A stretch of DNA of 64,000 nt from Prorocentrum cordatum (Eukaryota): assembly GCA_963575745.1 (NCBI GenBank), contig CAUYUJ010000172.1:1-64000 (forward strand), written 5' to 3'. The notes beneath the pieces are model-generated. The model had not been told where the DNA came from, did not search any database, and saw nothing but the letters and a program-made list of their open reading frames with translations. The position numbers and the translations under genes were made by a program. Positions 13,501-26,023 of the stretch are shown here, in pieces (within the stretch, counting starts at the first letter, position 1; the number at the start of each line of letters is the position of its first letter).

Positions 13501-14451
13501 GGGTGACGATAAGTCGAGAACCTCCGAGATCTGGCGGCTTTGGAAGATGTCTCGGGCGCCGCGGCCTTCTCAGAGCGTTCCGGAACGCTCTGCGAGCGTT
13601 CCGGAACGCCCTGGAACAGATTCATCCTCGTCCTGGCCCCGTCCGACTCGGTCAGGCCAGATATGGCCCACCTTGGCATCCCCCCAGCGTCGGCGATGAG
13701 TCAGCGGCGTCGATGCGAAGCAAATCGGGCTCCACATCGAGCCGCATCGGCGATACATCGGCGATGTGACGCGATCCTCCGACCCCATCTGTTCTGACTG
13801 CATCTAGGAAGCCTCGATCCCCCTCCTCCTCCTCCTCCTCCTCCTCCTCCTCCTCCTCCTCCGTTTACTCCTCCCTTCCTCCTTACTCCTCCTCCCTCTC
13901 CTCCTCCTCCTCCTCCTCCTCCTCCTCCTCCTCCTCCTCCTCTCTTCTTTTACTCCTCCTTTTTCTCCTCCTCCCTCTCCTCCTCCTCCTCTCATCATCC
14001 TCCTCCTCCTCCTCCTCCTCCTCCTCCTCTCCTCTCCTCCTCCTCCTCCTCCTCCTCCTCCTCTCCTCCCTCCTTTTCCTCTCCTTTTCCTCTCCTTTTT
14101 CCTCCTCCTTACTCTCCTCCTCCTCCTCCTCTCCTCCTCCTCCTCCTCCTCCTCGTACTCCTCCTCCTCCTCCTCCTCCTTCTCCTCCTCCCTCCTCCTC
14201 CTCTCCTCCTCCTCCTCCTCCTCCTCCTTTCTCCTCCTCCTCCTCCGCGGGCACCTTGGACCCGCCGCGAGGAGCCGCGGCGGCCTCCTCGCACCGCGCC
14301 TCCCGCGAGCCGGCCGCGGCCGCCAGCCCCGCGGCGGCCGCCACCGCCGCCAGCGCCGCGTGGCCGACCGCGTCGGGGCGGCGGGGCCGCTCTGGGGGCC
14401 GGTCGGTGTTTCTTGCACGGGGAGGCGCAGGACTCGGGGCTCGAACGCATC

Positions 14452-14505
<54 letters not shown>

Positions 14506-14823
14506 CATTTTACCCGAACGCTCAGTGTTCTCCCCAGTGCCAGGGTTTTCATGCGACGCCAGCCAATACCCCCACTTCGTGGGGGGGCAATGCAAGCTCT
14601 ACCAAACATCCACACGACTCTCGGGAACCACCCACACCCAGCTTCCCGCCCTATGACGTCAGGACACTTCACTTCGTGGCGCGCGGACGATCGTGGATAC
14701 TACACTGGCGTGGAGTACACACCCGCAGAGGTTAATCACTTGTTTGGGCCCCGCATGTGCCCCGCATCGTGCATTTGTTGCGCATGATATGAGAGCAAGA
14801 CAGAGAGAGAGAGAGAGCAAGAC

Positions 14824-14857
<34 letters not shown>

Positions 14858-15490
14858 AGACAGAGAGCCAGAGGAGAGCTACGGTGCGATTCGTGTGATT
14901 TTATGATGCGCGGTGCTAAAATTCTTAAAAACCCAATGATTTTTGGAGATTTCGGCGTGCGCGCGCGAAGAAAAAACGAATGTGTCCCGCATGGTATTAT
15001 TTGACAGGGATGATGGCCCTGGCAGGTGCGCAAACGTTGTCGCAGAAGTTCGAAAAAGTTGCTCGCAAAAGCCCGTTTGACAGAATTGTTTAAAAAGTGT
15101 TGGTTTTCCTACGAATCCGCAAGAGCGCGCGGAAGAACATTTTGACAATTTTTTCTTAAAAAACCATTGGGTTTTTGATGTTTTTATGTTAAAATCGCTA
15201 CGAAACCTAAGGTTTTGGAAGGATTTCGTCTTGCGCGCACGAATGTCCACTTTACCTTATTTTTTGCAAGAGATTCTTGCAATTTGATCAAGTAAGAACA
15301 AGAATTTTCATTTTATAGTGTTTTTTGCAAGGGAAAACGGAGTACAACAAAACAACCGGATCCGGTAATAATTCACTTTTCTGAAGCTTTCGCTAAAAAA
15401 TGATGAAAATGTAGCTGCGGCCTAGGTTTTGGAGGGGGGTCGCGCACCAGGGGTCCCAACAATAATTATTCTTTAGAAGTAATAATGTTC

Positions 15491-15571
<81 letters not shown>

Positions 15572-15623
15572 GCAACAACAACAACAACACCAACACCAAC
15601 ACCAACAACACCAACAACAACAA

Positions 15624-15670
<47 letters not shown>

Positions 15671-15671
15671 G

Positions 15672-15743
<72 letters not shown>

Positions 15744-16022
15744 AATCATCATCATCATCATCATTATTATCAGCATCAGCATCAGCATCAGCATCATCAG
15801 CAGCAGCATCATCAGCATCATCATCATCATCATCATCAGCGGCAACATAATCAGCATCATCATCGGCAGCAGCATCGTCAGCATCATAAGCATTATCATA
15901 GTCAAAAAAACATTATCATCATCATCATCATCAGCATCATCATCATCATCGGCATAATCATCAGCAGCATCATGATCATAAGCATCATCAGCAGCACGAT
16001 CGTCAGCATCAGCAACAGCAGT

Positions 16023-16059
<37 letters not shown>

Positions 16060-16596
16060 ACATCAGCATCAACATCATCAGCATCAACATTAGAGCAACA
16101 GCATCATCGAAGTCATCATCAGAATCAGCATCATCAGCAGCATCATCATCATCAGCATCATCAGCAACATCATCAGCATCACCATTATCATCATCAGCAG
16201 CATCAGCAGCAGCATCATAATAATCATCATCCTAAGCATCATCAGCAGCAAAATCATCATTGTCGTCATGATCACCATCATCATCATCAACATGAACAGC
16301 AGCATCGTCAGCACCATCATCAATACCATCATCAAAATCAACATCAACATTGTCACCATCACCATCAGCGACAGTATCATCGACGTCATCATCGTCATCA
16401 TCAGCATCATCATGAGCATCATCAGCAGCAACACCATCAGCATGATCATCAGCACAAATCTACAGCATCATCGTCGGCGTCGACGTAATCATCATCATCG
16501 ACATCATCGTCATCATCATCATCATCATCATCGTCATCGTCAGCATCATCATCATCGTCGTCGACGTCGTCATTATGATGATAATCATCCTCATCC

Positions 16597-16627
<31 letters not shown>

Positions 16628-17662
16628 GATCATCATCCCCGTCATCATCATCATCATCATCATCATCATCAGCGACAGCATCATCGAAGTCAGCATTACC
16701 AGCCTTGTCGACGTCGTCATCATCATCAGCATCGGCATCAGCATCAATATAATCAGAAGCACCAGCATCATCACCATCATCGTCGGCGGCATCGCCATCA
16801 CCATCATCATCAGCATCAGCACAATCATCATGATCATCATCGTCATCGTAATCGTCATCGTGGTCGGCGTCACAATGACCATCAACATCATCATTGTCAT
16901 CAGCATCATCAGACGCAGCATCAACATCATTTTCGCCGAAGACACCGTTATTAACATCAACAGCAGCAGCATCATCAACATCATCATCAGCATCACCATC
17001 AACAGCATCAGCGGTATCATCAACGTAATCGACGTCATCAACATCATTATCATCATCACCCTCAATATCAGCACCATCAGCATCCTCGTCAAGGACAGCA
17101 TCAGCATCATCATCATTATCAGCTGCATCCTCACAATCAACAGCATCGTCATCAGCATCATCATCGATGACGTAATCCTCATGATCGGCGTCATGATCAT
17201 CAGCACCATCAACAAAAACATCATCAGCACCATCAGGGTCGTCATCGAGGTCAACATCGGCATCAGCATCATCAGCATTATCATCATAAACAACAGCATC
17301 ATCATCATGATCATCATCAGCATTATCATCGCCGGCGACGTGATCATCATGAACATCGTCATCATCAGCATCAGCATCTGCATCATCAACATCACTAGCA
17401 TCGTCGTCAAGGTCAACATCACCATCACAATCAACATCGTCAACAGCATCGTCATCATCAGCATCATCGTCATCATCATCGTCGGCGACGTCATCCTCAT
17501 GAACAGCGTCATCATCAGCATCCTCAGCATCATCGACATCGTCAGCACCGTCAGCATCGTCGTCGAGGTCAGCATCTTCATCACCATCATCTGCGTCGGC
17601 ATCAGCATCGTCATCATCAACAGCACCAGCATCGTCGTCATCATCGTCGCCAGAATGCTAAT

Positions 17663-17707
<45 letters not shown>

Positions 17708-17734
17708 CATCATCATCATCAGCATCATCATCGG

Positions 17735-17769
<35 letters not shown>

Positions 17770-18242
17770 GCATAATCATCATCATCGTCCGCACCGTCGT
17801 CGGAGGCGCAGCATAATCATCAACGGCATCATCGGAAGCATCGTCATGATCGACTAGGTCATCACATCATCAACTGCATCGTCATCACCAGCGTAATCGT
17901 CGTCGGCATCAGCATCAACAGCATCAACATCGTCAGCGGCGTCGTCATCATCACCATCATCATCACCATCATCAGCATCATCGTCCTCGTCGACGTCATC
18001 ATCAGAATCATAATCATAATCAGCAGCATCATCATAATCAACGGCAAAACACAACATCATCAGCATCATCAGCATCATCATCAGCAGCAGCGTCGGCATC
18101 GTCGTCGACGAGGGCATCATCGTCGTCGTCGACGTCATCCTAGTCATCAGCAACAGCAAGGTTGTCATCATCATCCTCAGAATCGTCGTCGACATCATCA
18201 TCTGCAGCATCGTAGTCATCATTATCATCATCATCATCAGCC

Positions 18243-18278
<36 letters not shown>

Positions 18279-18279
18279 G

Positions 18280-18315
<36 letters not shown>

Positions 18316-18700
18316 CGTCAGCATCATCATCACCATCAACAACAGAAGCATCATCATCGTCATCGTCGACGTCAGCATCAGAATCATCAACATCATGAAC
18401 ATCGTTGAGGTCAACGTCATCACCACCATCAACATAATCATCGACAGCAACATCATCCTCATCATCGGTAGTATCACCACCACCACCACCATCATCGTCA
18501 TCATATCATCATCGTCGTCGTCGACGTCACCATCATCACTAACAACAACGCACTCGTCATGATCGCAGGCGACGTCATCCTCATCATCAACAGCATCATC
18601 ATCGTCGTCGGCGTAGTCATAATCATAATCGTCTTCATCATCATCAGCAGCATAAGGATCATCAGCAGCATCATCAGCATCATCGCCGTCGTCGGCGTGC

Positions 18701-18751
<51 letters not shown>

Positions 18752-19035
18752 ATTGCATCATCACCATCGTCATCATCATTGTCATCGACGCCATCATCAA
18801 CAACAGAGGCATAAACAACTGCAAAGTCACCATGACCATCGTCGCCGATTTCACCATCATCAAGGTCATGATCATCATCATCATACACGCCACCATCAAC
18901 GGCGTAGCCGACGTCGTCGGCACCCTTCTCATCATCACCATCAGTAGCAACAGCAGCAGCATCGTCATAATCATCATACTCATCATCACAACCATCATCA
19001 CCACCACCATCACTATCACCATCACCACCATCGTC
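15491..19035. repeat. ~3.5-kb degenerate (AAC)n then (ATC/AGC/GTC)n microsatellite field
   Basis: Direct reading; source of the poly-M/I/H/D pseudo-ORFs. Confidence 0.97.
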
Positions 19036-20786
19036 CTCGTCGACGCCGTCCCCGTCTCAGCAGGGCTTGCCCGGGACCCGCCCGACCCGCCGCCGCCACG
19101 CCGCCGCCCTCCCCCCCGCCCTCTCCGCTCGGGGCGGGCGAGACCTCGGAGGGCAACCGCAGGAGGGCGCGCTGGCACATCGGCCGCGCGCGCGCTGGCC
19201 CTCGCCCGGCGGCGGCAACGCTCACGTTCGGGAAGGCGCAAGGGCGGCGGGGCCGAAACCCAGGGGCAGGTACGCGGCAGGGGCCGCACCGCGCCCCAGC
19301 ATTCCCCGATCCCGCCCCAGCACCCGAGCAGATCCGAGAAAAGCACGCCGGCGTGCAAAGTCGCGACCCGAGCCCCGAGTGGGCCCCATCTCCCTGCGGC
19401 ACACTGCCCAGGCCAGCTTCGCCGTGACCGGGGAGATCGTCGAAGCGACCGCTGCGCTGAGGAGTCAACTGGGCAGCTTCCCAACTGAAGGGAAAGGGGG
19501 CTCCACCATGCCGAGCACCAGCCGTGAAGGCAACGAGACAGAGCCAGAGTTAGGTCTGGCCTGTCCCCCTACAGGGGGATTTTGGGCGAAAAAAACACAT
19601 TGACAAAACATGATCCTTAGACTATTTTTACGATATTTGAACGTTCCTTTTGTAAAGGGACAGGCCCGATTTAACAATACATAAAAGAAGAACCATAGGA
19701 GAACGAGTGGGCAGCGCGGTCGCCGGAACGGCCGCTCGGCTCGTCTGCCCCCTCGTGCGCAGCACCTGCCCGTGGTCGGCGGGCGAGGTGGCCACAACCA
19801 GCGGTCGGGCCGGCCTGGCGGCGGGACGCGTCAGACGAGGGCAGCAGAACCAACCAACGTTTAAGTCGGGCCTGCCCTCTACAGGAGGAAGTTTCCTGAT
19901 TGTGAAAAATAATCTGGGGACGATGTTCTGACTATTTGGAAATATGTTTTGAGTATGTGTGGGGTATGTTTCATTTTTCCTCCAAAATCCGCCTGTAGGG
20001 GGACATGCCCACCCTAACCCTACGTTGCCCATCGAGCGGAAGAGAAGAAGGTAGGAACATGTGATAGGAAGGCGTTGAAAGTAGATTGGGTTCCGTCCGC
20101 CTCCCTGGGAGGACGGAAAAGGTAACGCCATTCGATCATTGGAGCAGGAGGCCGCTCATGAAGTAGATTGGGATCTGGGACTCCAAGAACACCTACGTTC
20201 GGCGACCGATGGGTACTGGTGGGCAGCAGAACCGCCCTGACAACAACCCACAACTGGGCTGCTCGGGAGGCTACGTTCGGTTGGTCTGCCCGCCCGCGCA
20301 GAACTTGCTGTTTCGATCGGCGGCGAGCTGGGTCCACAGAAGGCGGTCGGTCAGCGGCGGGGTGCGTCGGAAGCGAACTCGGGCACAGGGGGAGAGGAGG
20401 TGGGGGAGGAGGAGGAGGAGGAGGAGGAGGAGGAGGAGGAGGAGGAGGAGGGGAGGAGTACAGTACAGTGCTCGATAGACATTGCTACGCCACCCAGTTC
20501 ATCATGTCGCCTAACAAGGCAACCATGCTGCTGCCGCAACACCTGACTTTCTGCTGATACTGCAGCACAAACAACAGCTGCTGGAAAAAAGACACAAACG
20601 AGCAAGTACAAGCAACGACACAATAATGAATACAACGCGCAAGTGTGCTGATGTCACAACACGAAAAATAATCAGAAGCAACTGCATAGAATACACAAGC
20701 AAGAGAAGATTGGAAGGCGCGGGCAGCAGGCTTATGGCCTGCAGGAAGAGGCCCAGCACGAGGGCGTGGCCGTAGGGACTACTCAC

Positions 20787-21470
20787 TCACTGTTTGCCTC
20801 CCCTGCGCTTCCCACCCAGCTGACGGGCCATGTTGTCGCGAGGGGCTCGGTTCATCTTCACGTCTCCTCCCATTCCTCTCAACTGATCAACTGCTCGACT
20901 GGAAACCAGAGCCCTGGGATCTGCATCATCTCTGACGGGACCTCCACGGGGCTGATCATGAGGCCTTTCACTGGGGTGTTGGGATCCTCGGGGTCTTCCT
21001 TGAGCTTCGCTTCGAGCTCGGCCGCGACCCCGTCCTCGTAGGGCAGGAGCATGTTGCCGTGCAGCGCGTACGTAATGCGACTCTTCTGAGAGACCCCTGG
21101 CTTGTCGAAGGTGGGGAGCGCCACGAGCTCTCGAATCCATCATGCCATCTGTACTGGAACCGAGCGCCCCATCATTAGCGCAAGCCTTTTGCAGCCTACT
21201 GCGACCGCTTTCATCCGCGGCGAAGTATCCTTGAAGCTGTAAGTCTCGATAACGGCTAGAAGTGCGAAAAGGGCTTGGGACGCGGGGCCTGCGAGCTCCT
21301 GCTTGCCTTTGGCCTTCTCCTGCTTGGTGCGCTTGAGGTAGTCCTGGAATGAGTTGTTGATGGCCTCGATGGCCGCTGACTTGCGATCGATGATCGCAGT
21401 GGAGAAGGCTGCGTTCTCGAGGCTCCTGACTCTGGCCTCGAGCTGGATCAGCAGGGCGTCCCTGGTCGAG
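20787..21470 (-). pseudogene. Disrupted ORF resembling a non-LTR retroelement ORF1 (coiled-coil start, RAP-x4-RQL C-terminus)
   Basis: Listed ORFs 21140..21826 and 20879..21124 share a frame and are separated by one TGA (ATG GCA TGA TGG). A frameshift near 20885 gives ...QLRGMGGDVKMNRAPRDNMARQLGGKRRGGKQ*. Composition is protein-like. The family assignment rests on recalled similarity only. Confidence 0.55.
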
Positions 21471-24400
21471 TTAGGAGGGGAGGAGGAGGAGGAGGAGGAG
21501 GAGGAGGAGGAGGAGGAGGAGGAGGAGGAGGAGGAGGAGAAGGAGGAGGAGGAGGAGGAGGAGGAGGAGGGGGGGGGGAGGAGGAGGAGGGGGAGGAGGA
21601 GGAGGGAGGAGGAGGAGGAGGAGGAGGAGGATAAAAAGGAAGAGGAGGAGGAGGAGGAGGAGGAGGAGGAGGGAGGAGGAGGAGGAGGAGGAGGAGGAGG
21701 AGGAGGAGGAGGAGGAGGGGGAGGAGGAGGAGGAGGAGGAGGAGGAGGAGGAGGAGGGGGAGGGGGAGGAGGGGGAGGAGGAGGAGGAGGAGGAGGAGGT
21801 GGAGGAGGAGGAGACATGGTACGCATGTGTTTTACACACTCGACGAAAAAACTCGGGGCACATCAGCTCTGCAATCGATCCCCTACTCGTCGCTGCACCG
21901 ACCTTGCAGACGTGCTGCAGCGGATTGCTGCGTGAATTTCTGTCAATGCAAGACCCGAAACGGCGAGCGAAAAACGAAGTGAATCACCCGTGGATGTTTT
22001 GTGGTCTTCACTCCTCGCCCCCAAATATCAGCACAACATCTTCCCTTCGAAATCTGGAACGATACTATCCAGGACAATCCGGGCCCATCCCAGTGTCTTC
22101 TGAACGGAATCCGGTCTGCGATGTTGGCGCCGTGGTACAGTGGAGGCCAGCCCACAAGAAACCTTTCGCGAGAAACCCAACCCTGAGACCCCAGGACGCC
22201 CGTTGCTCTCCGCTGTGGGAGCGTCACGCCCTCCACGGCCAGAACCATCGAAGCCCAAGAAGCCCAGGGCACCCCGGAGGCACGTGGGGCGCCTCTTGGC
22301 ACGGCCCCCCCCCCGTGCTCGACGGGCGCTCGACACTGCCGGCCCTGGGCACGGGCACGCCGCGAGAGCTGCCCGCGCACGGCACGCGAAACGTGCCGTC
22401 GCTCGGACGTCTATTTCCCGTGCACCTTTTCGGTTTCGCACGTGTTTTCGTTTGCTCGACGGTCCAGGATGGTCCTCGATGGTTCTCGCCGAGAAAAAAA
22501 GGCACGCGTCCGAGCGATGCCAAAAGGAAAGAGGGCCGCGGAGCCGCCCGGTGCTGTGGCGACAGCAGGCGGGGCGGGCCTCCCCCATCGGGAGGCTCGG
22601 GAGGCCCCCCCCTGCCTTCCGAGGAGCCGTCCCCTCGGATCGCCGTGGGTGCTGATAGGGGGTTGTCGTTGGGTCGGGCATGTCCCCCTAGAGGCGGATT
22701 TGGGACGACGAACCAAAGACAGTCGAAAAGATGTTCCAAAATTGACAAAAATAGTAGGCAGCCAGGCTATTTCTGACTCTTTTTGAATTCTCCTCCTGCA
22801 GGGGGGGGGACGCGCCCAGTTTCAGGCTAGCGGTGGGCGCTGAGGTGGGATGCGCCTGGCCCAGCCCAGCCTGTCCCCGTTCCAAAAGAAGCCGCCCCCT
22901 CGGATCGCCGTCGGCGTTGCTCAGGGGGGGCCGCGATCTCCCGTGTGCCCGTGCGCCTCTGCCTGCCCTCGCCCCCCTCCCCGGCAGGAGCGAAGGAGCC
23001 GCGGAGCGGCGCCGTGCCGCGAACGCGACCGCGGCGCCGACCGAGGGCGCGGGCGGGCGCGCCCGAGTCCCCAGGCCTTCGCCCCCCGCACACCCCGAGG
23101 GCGAGGAGAAGACACCGCCGCCCGCGGCCGCCCCGAGGCCCGCCCTCAAGCCTCGCTCGGCCGATCTCCGCTCCCACCGGCGTGGCCTGGGCGCCCCCCG
23201 CCAGCGGAGCCCTCTGCGGCAGGCGTCGTGCCCACCGCGGGGGTCGTTCAGCCTCGAACGATCGGCCGCTTCCGATACGGTACACCTTGGCGGCGCGCAG
23301 AGGGGGCAAGGCTTATCGGGAGGAGGCCGCTTCTTAGAAGGCGCCGGCCCTGTATCTTTCGAGAAGGCCCGCGCCTGCTGAGAAGCAGGGGTGCTTCTGA
23401 GAGGCCTTCCCCCCCCCATGACCCCCTCTGCGCGTGGCCGAGCATCGTTCAACATCGGCCGAGTCTGGGTCGCCGGCGGCATTCAACGTTGAACGCCAGC
23501 GACAGGGTCGCCGCCTGTTGGCACGACGCGGACCTACCGTAGGGCACACAAAAGAGGCATAAGCATACACTCTTGGAGCACCGAGCGGGGTTCTTGGATC
23601 AGCGCTGGCCCCCCCCCCGGCGGTGCCTCCCAGCGCCGACGCAAGAGATCCGCGCGGAGCTCCAAAAGTGCTCCTCCGAGGAGCAGCAGGCTGCGACGGA
23701 CTTCGCTCGCGTTCGCGTCGTCTCATTCATCGGCGGCGAGCGAGGGGGGCAAGTGAGAAGCGGCGGGCCTTCTCAGAAGGCTCGGAAGTCCCGCGGCCTC
23801 CTGAGCAGTTCTCTGAGCCGCCCCCGAAGAGACAAAACAAAAAAAAACGAAAAGCTAGGCGCGAGGGCATCCGGGCCTCCGAGAAGTCCCGCCGCCTTCC
23901 CCAGAGGCCTTCTCCTCCTCTCCCCCCCTCGCTCGCCGCCGATTGGTCAAGGGCTCCCGGGCTCCCAAGTTCGCTCCTCGCGCTGCGCGAAGCGCGAATG
24001 ACTTCGCGCCCTCGTGCCGCCCCCCCCGGGGGAGAAGAGGAGGACGAGGAGAAATCGGAGCCGAACCGCTCGCCGCCGAAGTCGGCGCCCCCGAGGGGCC
24101 CTCGGTCTCGCGCTGGCCCCGCCTGGGCTGCATTAGCGGCGGCCCCGCCGCGGCGAAGGCCTTCCCCCCACCCCCCCACCCCTGGGTTCTGGCGCCTCCC
24201 GTCCTCCTCCGCCTCCTCCTCCGAGCCTCCTCCTCCTCCAGCAACTCTGGGCGCAGGGTGGTGCGAGCATCCCTCCACCCCACGGCGCTCGAGCGGCCAG
24301 TTTTCCAAGGCAAGAGCGCGGGGGATTCGCAGGTTCGCCCAGACGGGTGGCAATGGGGGAGGGGGACCTGAAAATAGAGGCCGAAGGAAGGGGCCCCAGA

Positions 24401-24566
24401 GGGGCACTTTAGGGCCCCTTTTTTGGTCCCCTGCCAGCTCCAAACGGAGCCCTCAAGTGCCCCTCTGGGGCCCTTTTCTTCACCCCCCACGTTGGAGCCC
24501 CCTAATTACCACCCGCCCGAATCGCAGGAGGGCGGAACTCCCGCCGCCGCAGTGTGTGCCGCGCTC

Positions 24567-25609
24567 TCACGCGAGCAGCTCCTGTGCAAGCACCCTGAGA
24601 GCGCCGAACGAGTTCCCGCTGCCATGCACGAAGCACACGGCCTGGCCAGTGATCGCGTTCGTGAAAGACTTCGTGCCCGAAGAGGTTGTTACTGTGACGG
24701 GGATGCTCCCGTCCAGCTTCATGTTGTTCAGGGAGAGCACCAGGACACCAGCGTAGTCGAGAGCCACCTTGTCAGGGTTGTGGAGGAAGTACTCGTTGAC
24801 CAGGCGGTTCTCCGAGTCGGACCAGAAGTACATGTCGGCAAACATGTCCGAGATATCCCCGATGGGGCCCATGATGAAAGCCGAGCTCGCGTACTGGTAC
24901 TTGGGCGGAGTGGTGCAGTACCCGACCGTCGTATTGGTACAGTCGGCGTACGTGGTGGCAAAGGTGGGGTCGACGGCAAAAGACGACAGGAAGCCGGACA
25001 TGGTCGCCGTGATGGCGGGGTACTGGTCGTAACGCCATGCAATCTCCTCGGGCCAAGGGCTCACCTCAGCAGCCAAGACAATGGTCTGGGTTCCACCGCT
25101 GGCGGTGATGATCTCGTTGTACTTGTAGGAGATCGTGTTCTCGTCGCAGCCGGCATACAGGGTCTCGCCGCTGGCATGAAGGACGACGATCTTCTCGGTG
25201 TTGCGGGTCGCGAGGTAGTCAATCCACGTCTTCACGGCCAAGAACCTCAGCCTCTGCCAGCCCCAGACAGTCGTAGCTCCGGACGGGTTCACCATGCCGT
25301 TGAGGTGCCTCACCGTCTCGCCTCCGACGCCCGTCATGCGGTACTCCGTGGGCGGCATGGCCGGCTTCTTGTTCTCCTTGATCAGCACCCTGCCCATCGC
25401 TACATTGGGCGGGAAACCGTCCAGCTCGCGCTGAGTCTCGAGAGAGTCTGGAGCCACGTAGAGCTCGTACTTCTCCTCGATCGGGTGGTCCTGGACAGAG
25501 CCCACGTCCCTGTTCGACGGCCTGTTGAAGACGGCCTCCCAGGGGCTCGGCAGGATCTCCTCCGCCCAGGCGAGCACCTCCTCCGCGAGCTCGGTCGTCA
25601 GAGCCTCGC
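24567..25609 (-). CDS. Exon 2 (terminal) of a secreted PLOD/LH3-type GT-A glycosyltransferase-like protein, probably catalytically degenerate
   Basis: 1043-nt stop-free, non-repetitive frame with C/G-rich third positions, starting after the acceptor CTTCAG|GC. Motifs are collinear with the PLOD GT domain as I recall it: IVVLHASGETLY~VILFADSYDVLF, IVLAAEVSPWP~VVFSAEELIYP, YASSAFIMG~FLGSGGFIG, SDSENRLVNEYFL~DSDQLFYTKIFL, VALDYAGVLVLSL~ITLDHRCRIFQNL, NAITGQAVCFVHGSGNS~NLAYDTLPVLIHGNGP. Confidence 0.85.
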
Positions 25610-25905
25610 CTGAAGGGGGCGCCCACTGCACCGCCCTTGCACCCGGGCGGGCCGGCACCGCCCTGGGCCCTGGGTCGGCGACTGCGCCTGCCTGGCTTCC
25701 CTCAGATCCTGGCGTTGCAATTTTTTCACAACGGGCGCTCTCGCTCAACTTCGGGCCCTGGGACACTCACAGATCGATCCGGCTCGAGAAATGACGCAGA
25801 AAGATGGGGTCCGGGGCTTCCGTGGTGACTCGTTGCGATGTTGCAATGTTCTTGCAACGTCGGATCTCAGGGTTAACCAGAGATGCACGTGCACCGATCC
25901 CGAGC
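25610..25905 (-). other. Predicted 296-nt GC-AG intron containing a MITE
   Basis: Both junctions read AG|GC. The interior holds a CCCTGAGATCC-TIR element also present at 5807-6028, which explains the spurious N-terminus of the listed ORF 24567..25766. Confidence 0.65.
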
Positions 25906-26023
25906 CTAGGGTGGGCCTGGCCAGGATCGGCGTGGGGTGCACAGTTGGCGGCCCCCGATCTCCCTCCCCACGCACGCGGGCAGCGCCCAGCAGGGTCAGT
26001 CCCGTTGCAAGGCGGGCGAGCAT
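25906..26023 (-). CDS. Predicted exon 1 of the PLOD-GT-like gene (signal peptide MLARLATGLTLLGAARVRG...)
   Basis: ATG at 26023-26021. The 118-nt exon ends at CTAG|GC (phase-1 GC donor), matching the phase-1 acceptor TCAG|GC at 25609. Joined CDS is 1161 nt = 386 aa + stop, with a hydrophobic N-terminus. Confidence 0.65.

Noticed and set aside
15485..19488. Long poly-Met/Ile/His/Asp ORFs
   Set aside because: Translations of a trinucleotide microsatellite that is open in several frames.
24423..25613. 396-aa plus-strand ORF
   Set aside because: Antisense shadow of the GC3-rich PLOD-like exon.
25610..25766. N-terminus of listed ORF 24567..25766
   Set aside because: Starts at GTG inside a dispersed MITE; better explained as intron.
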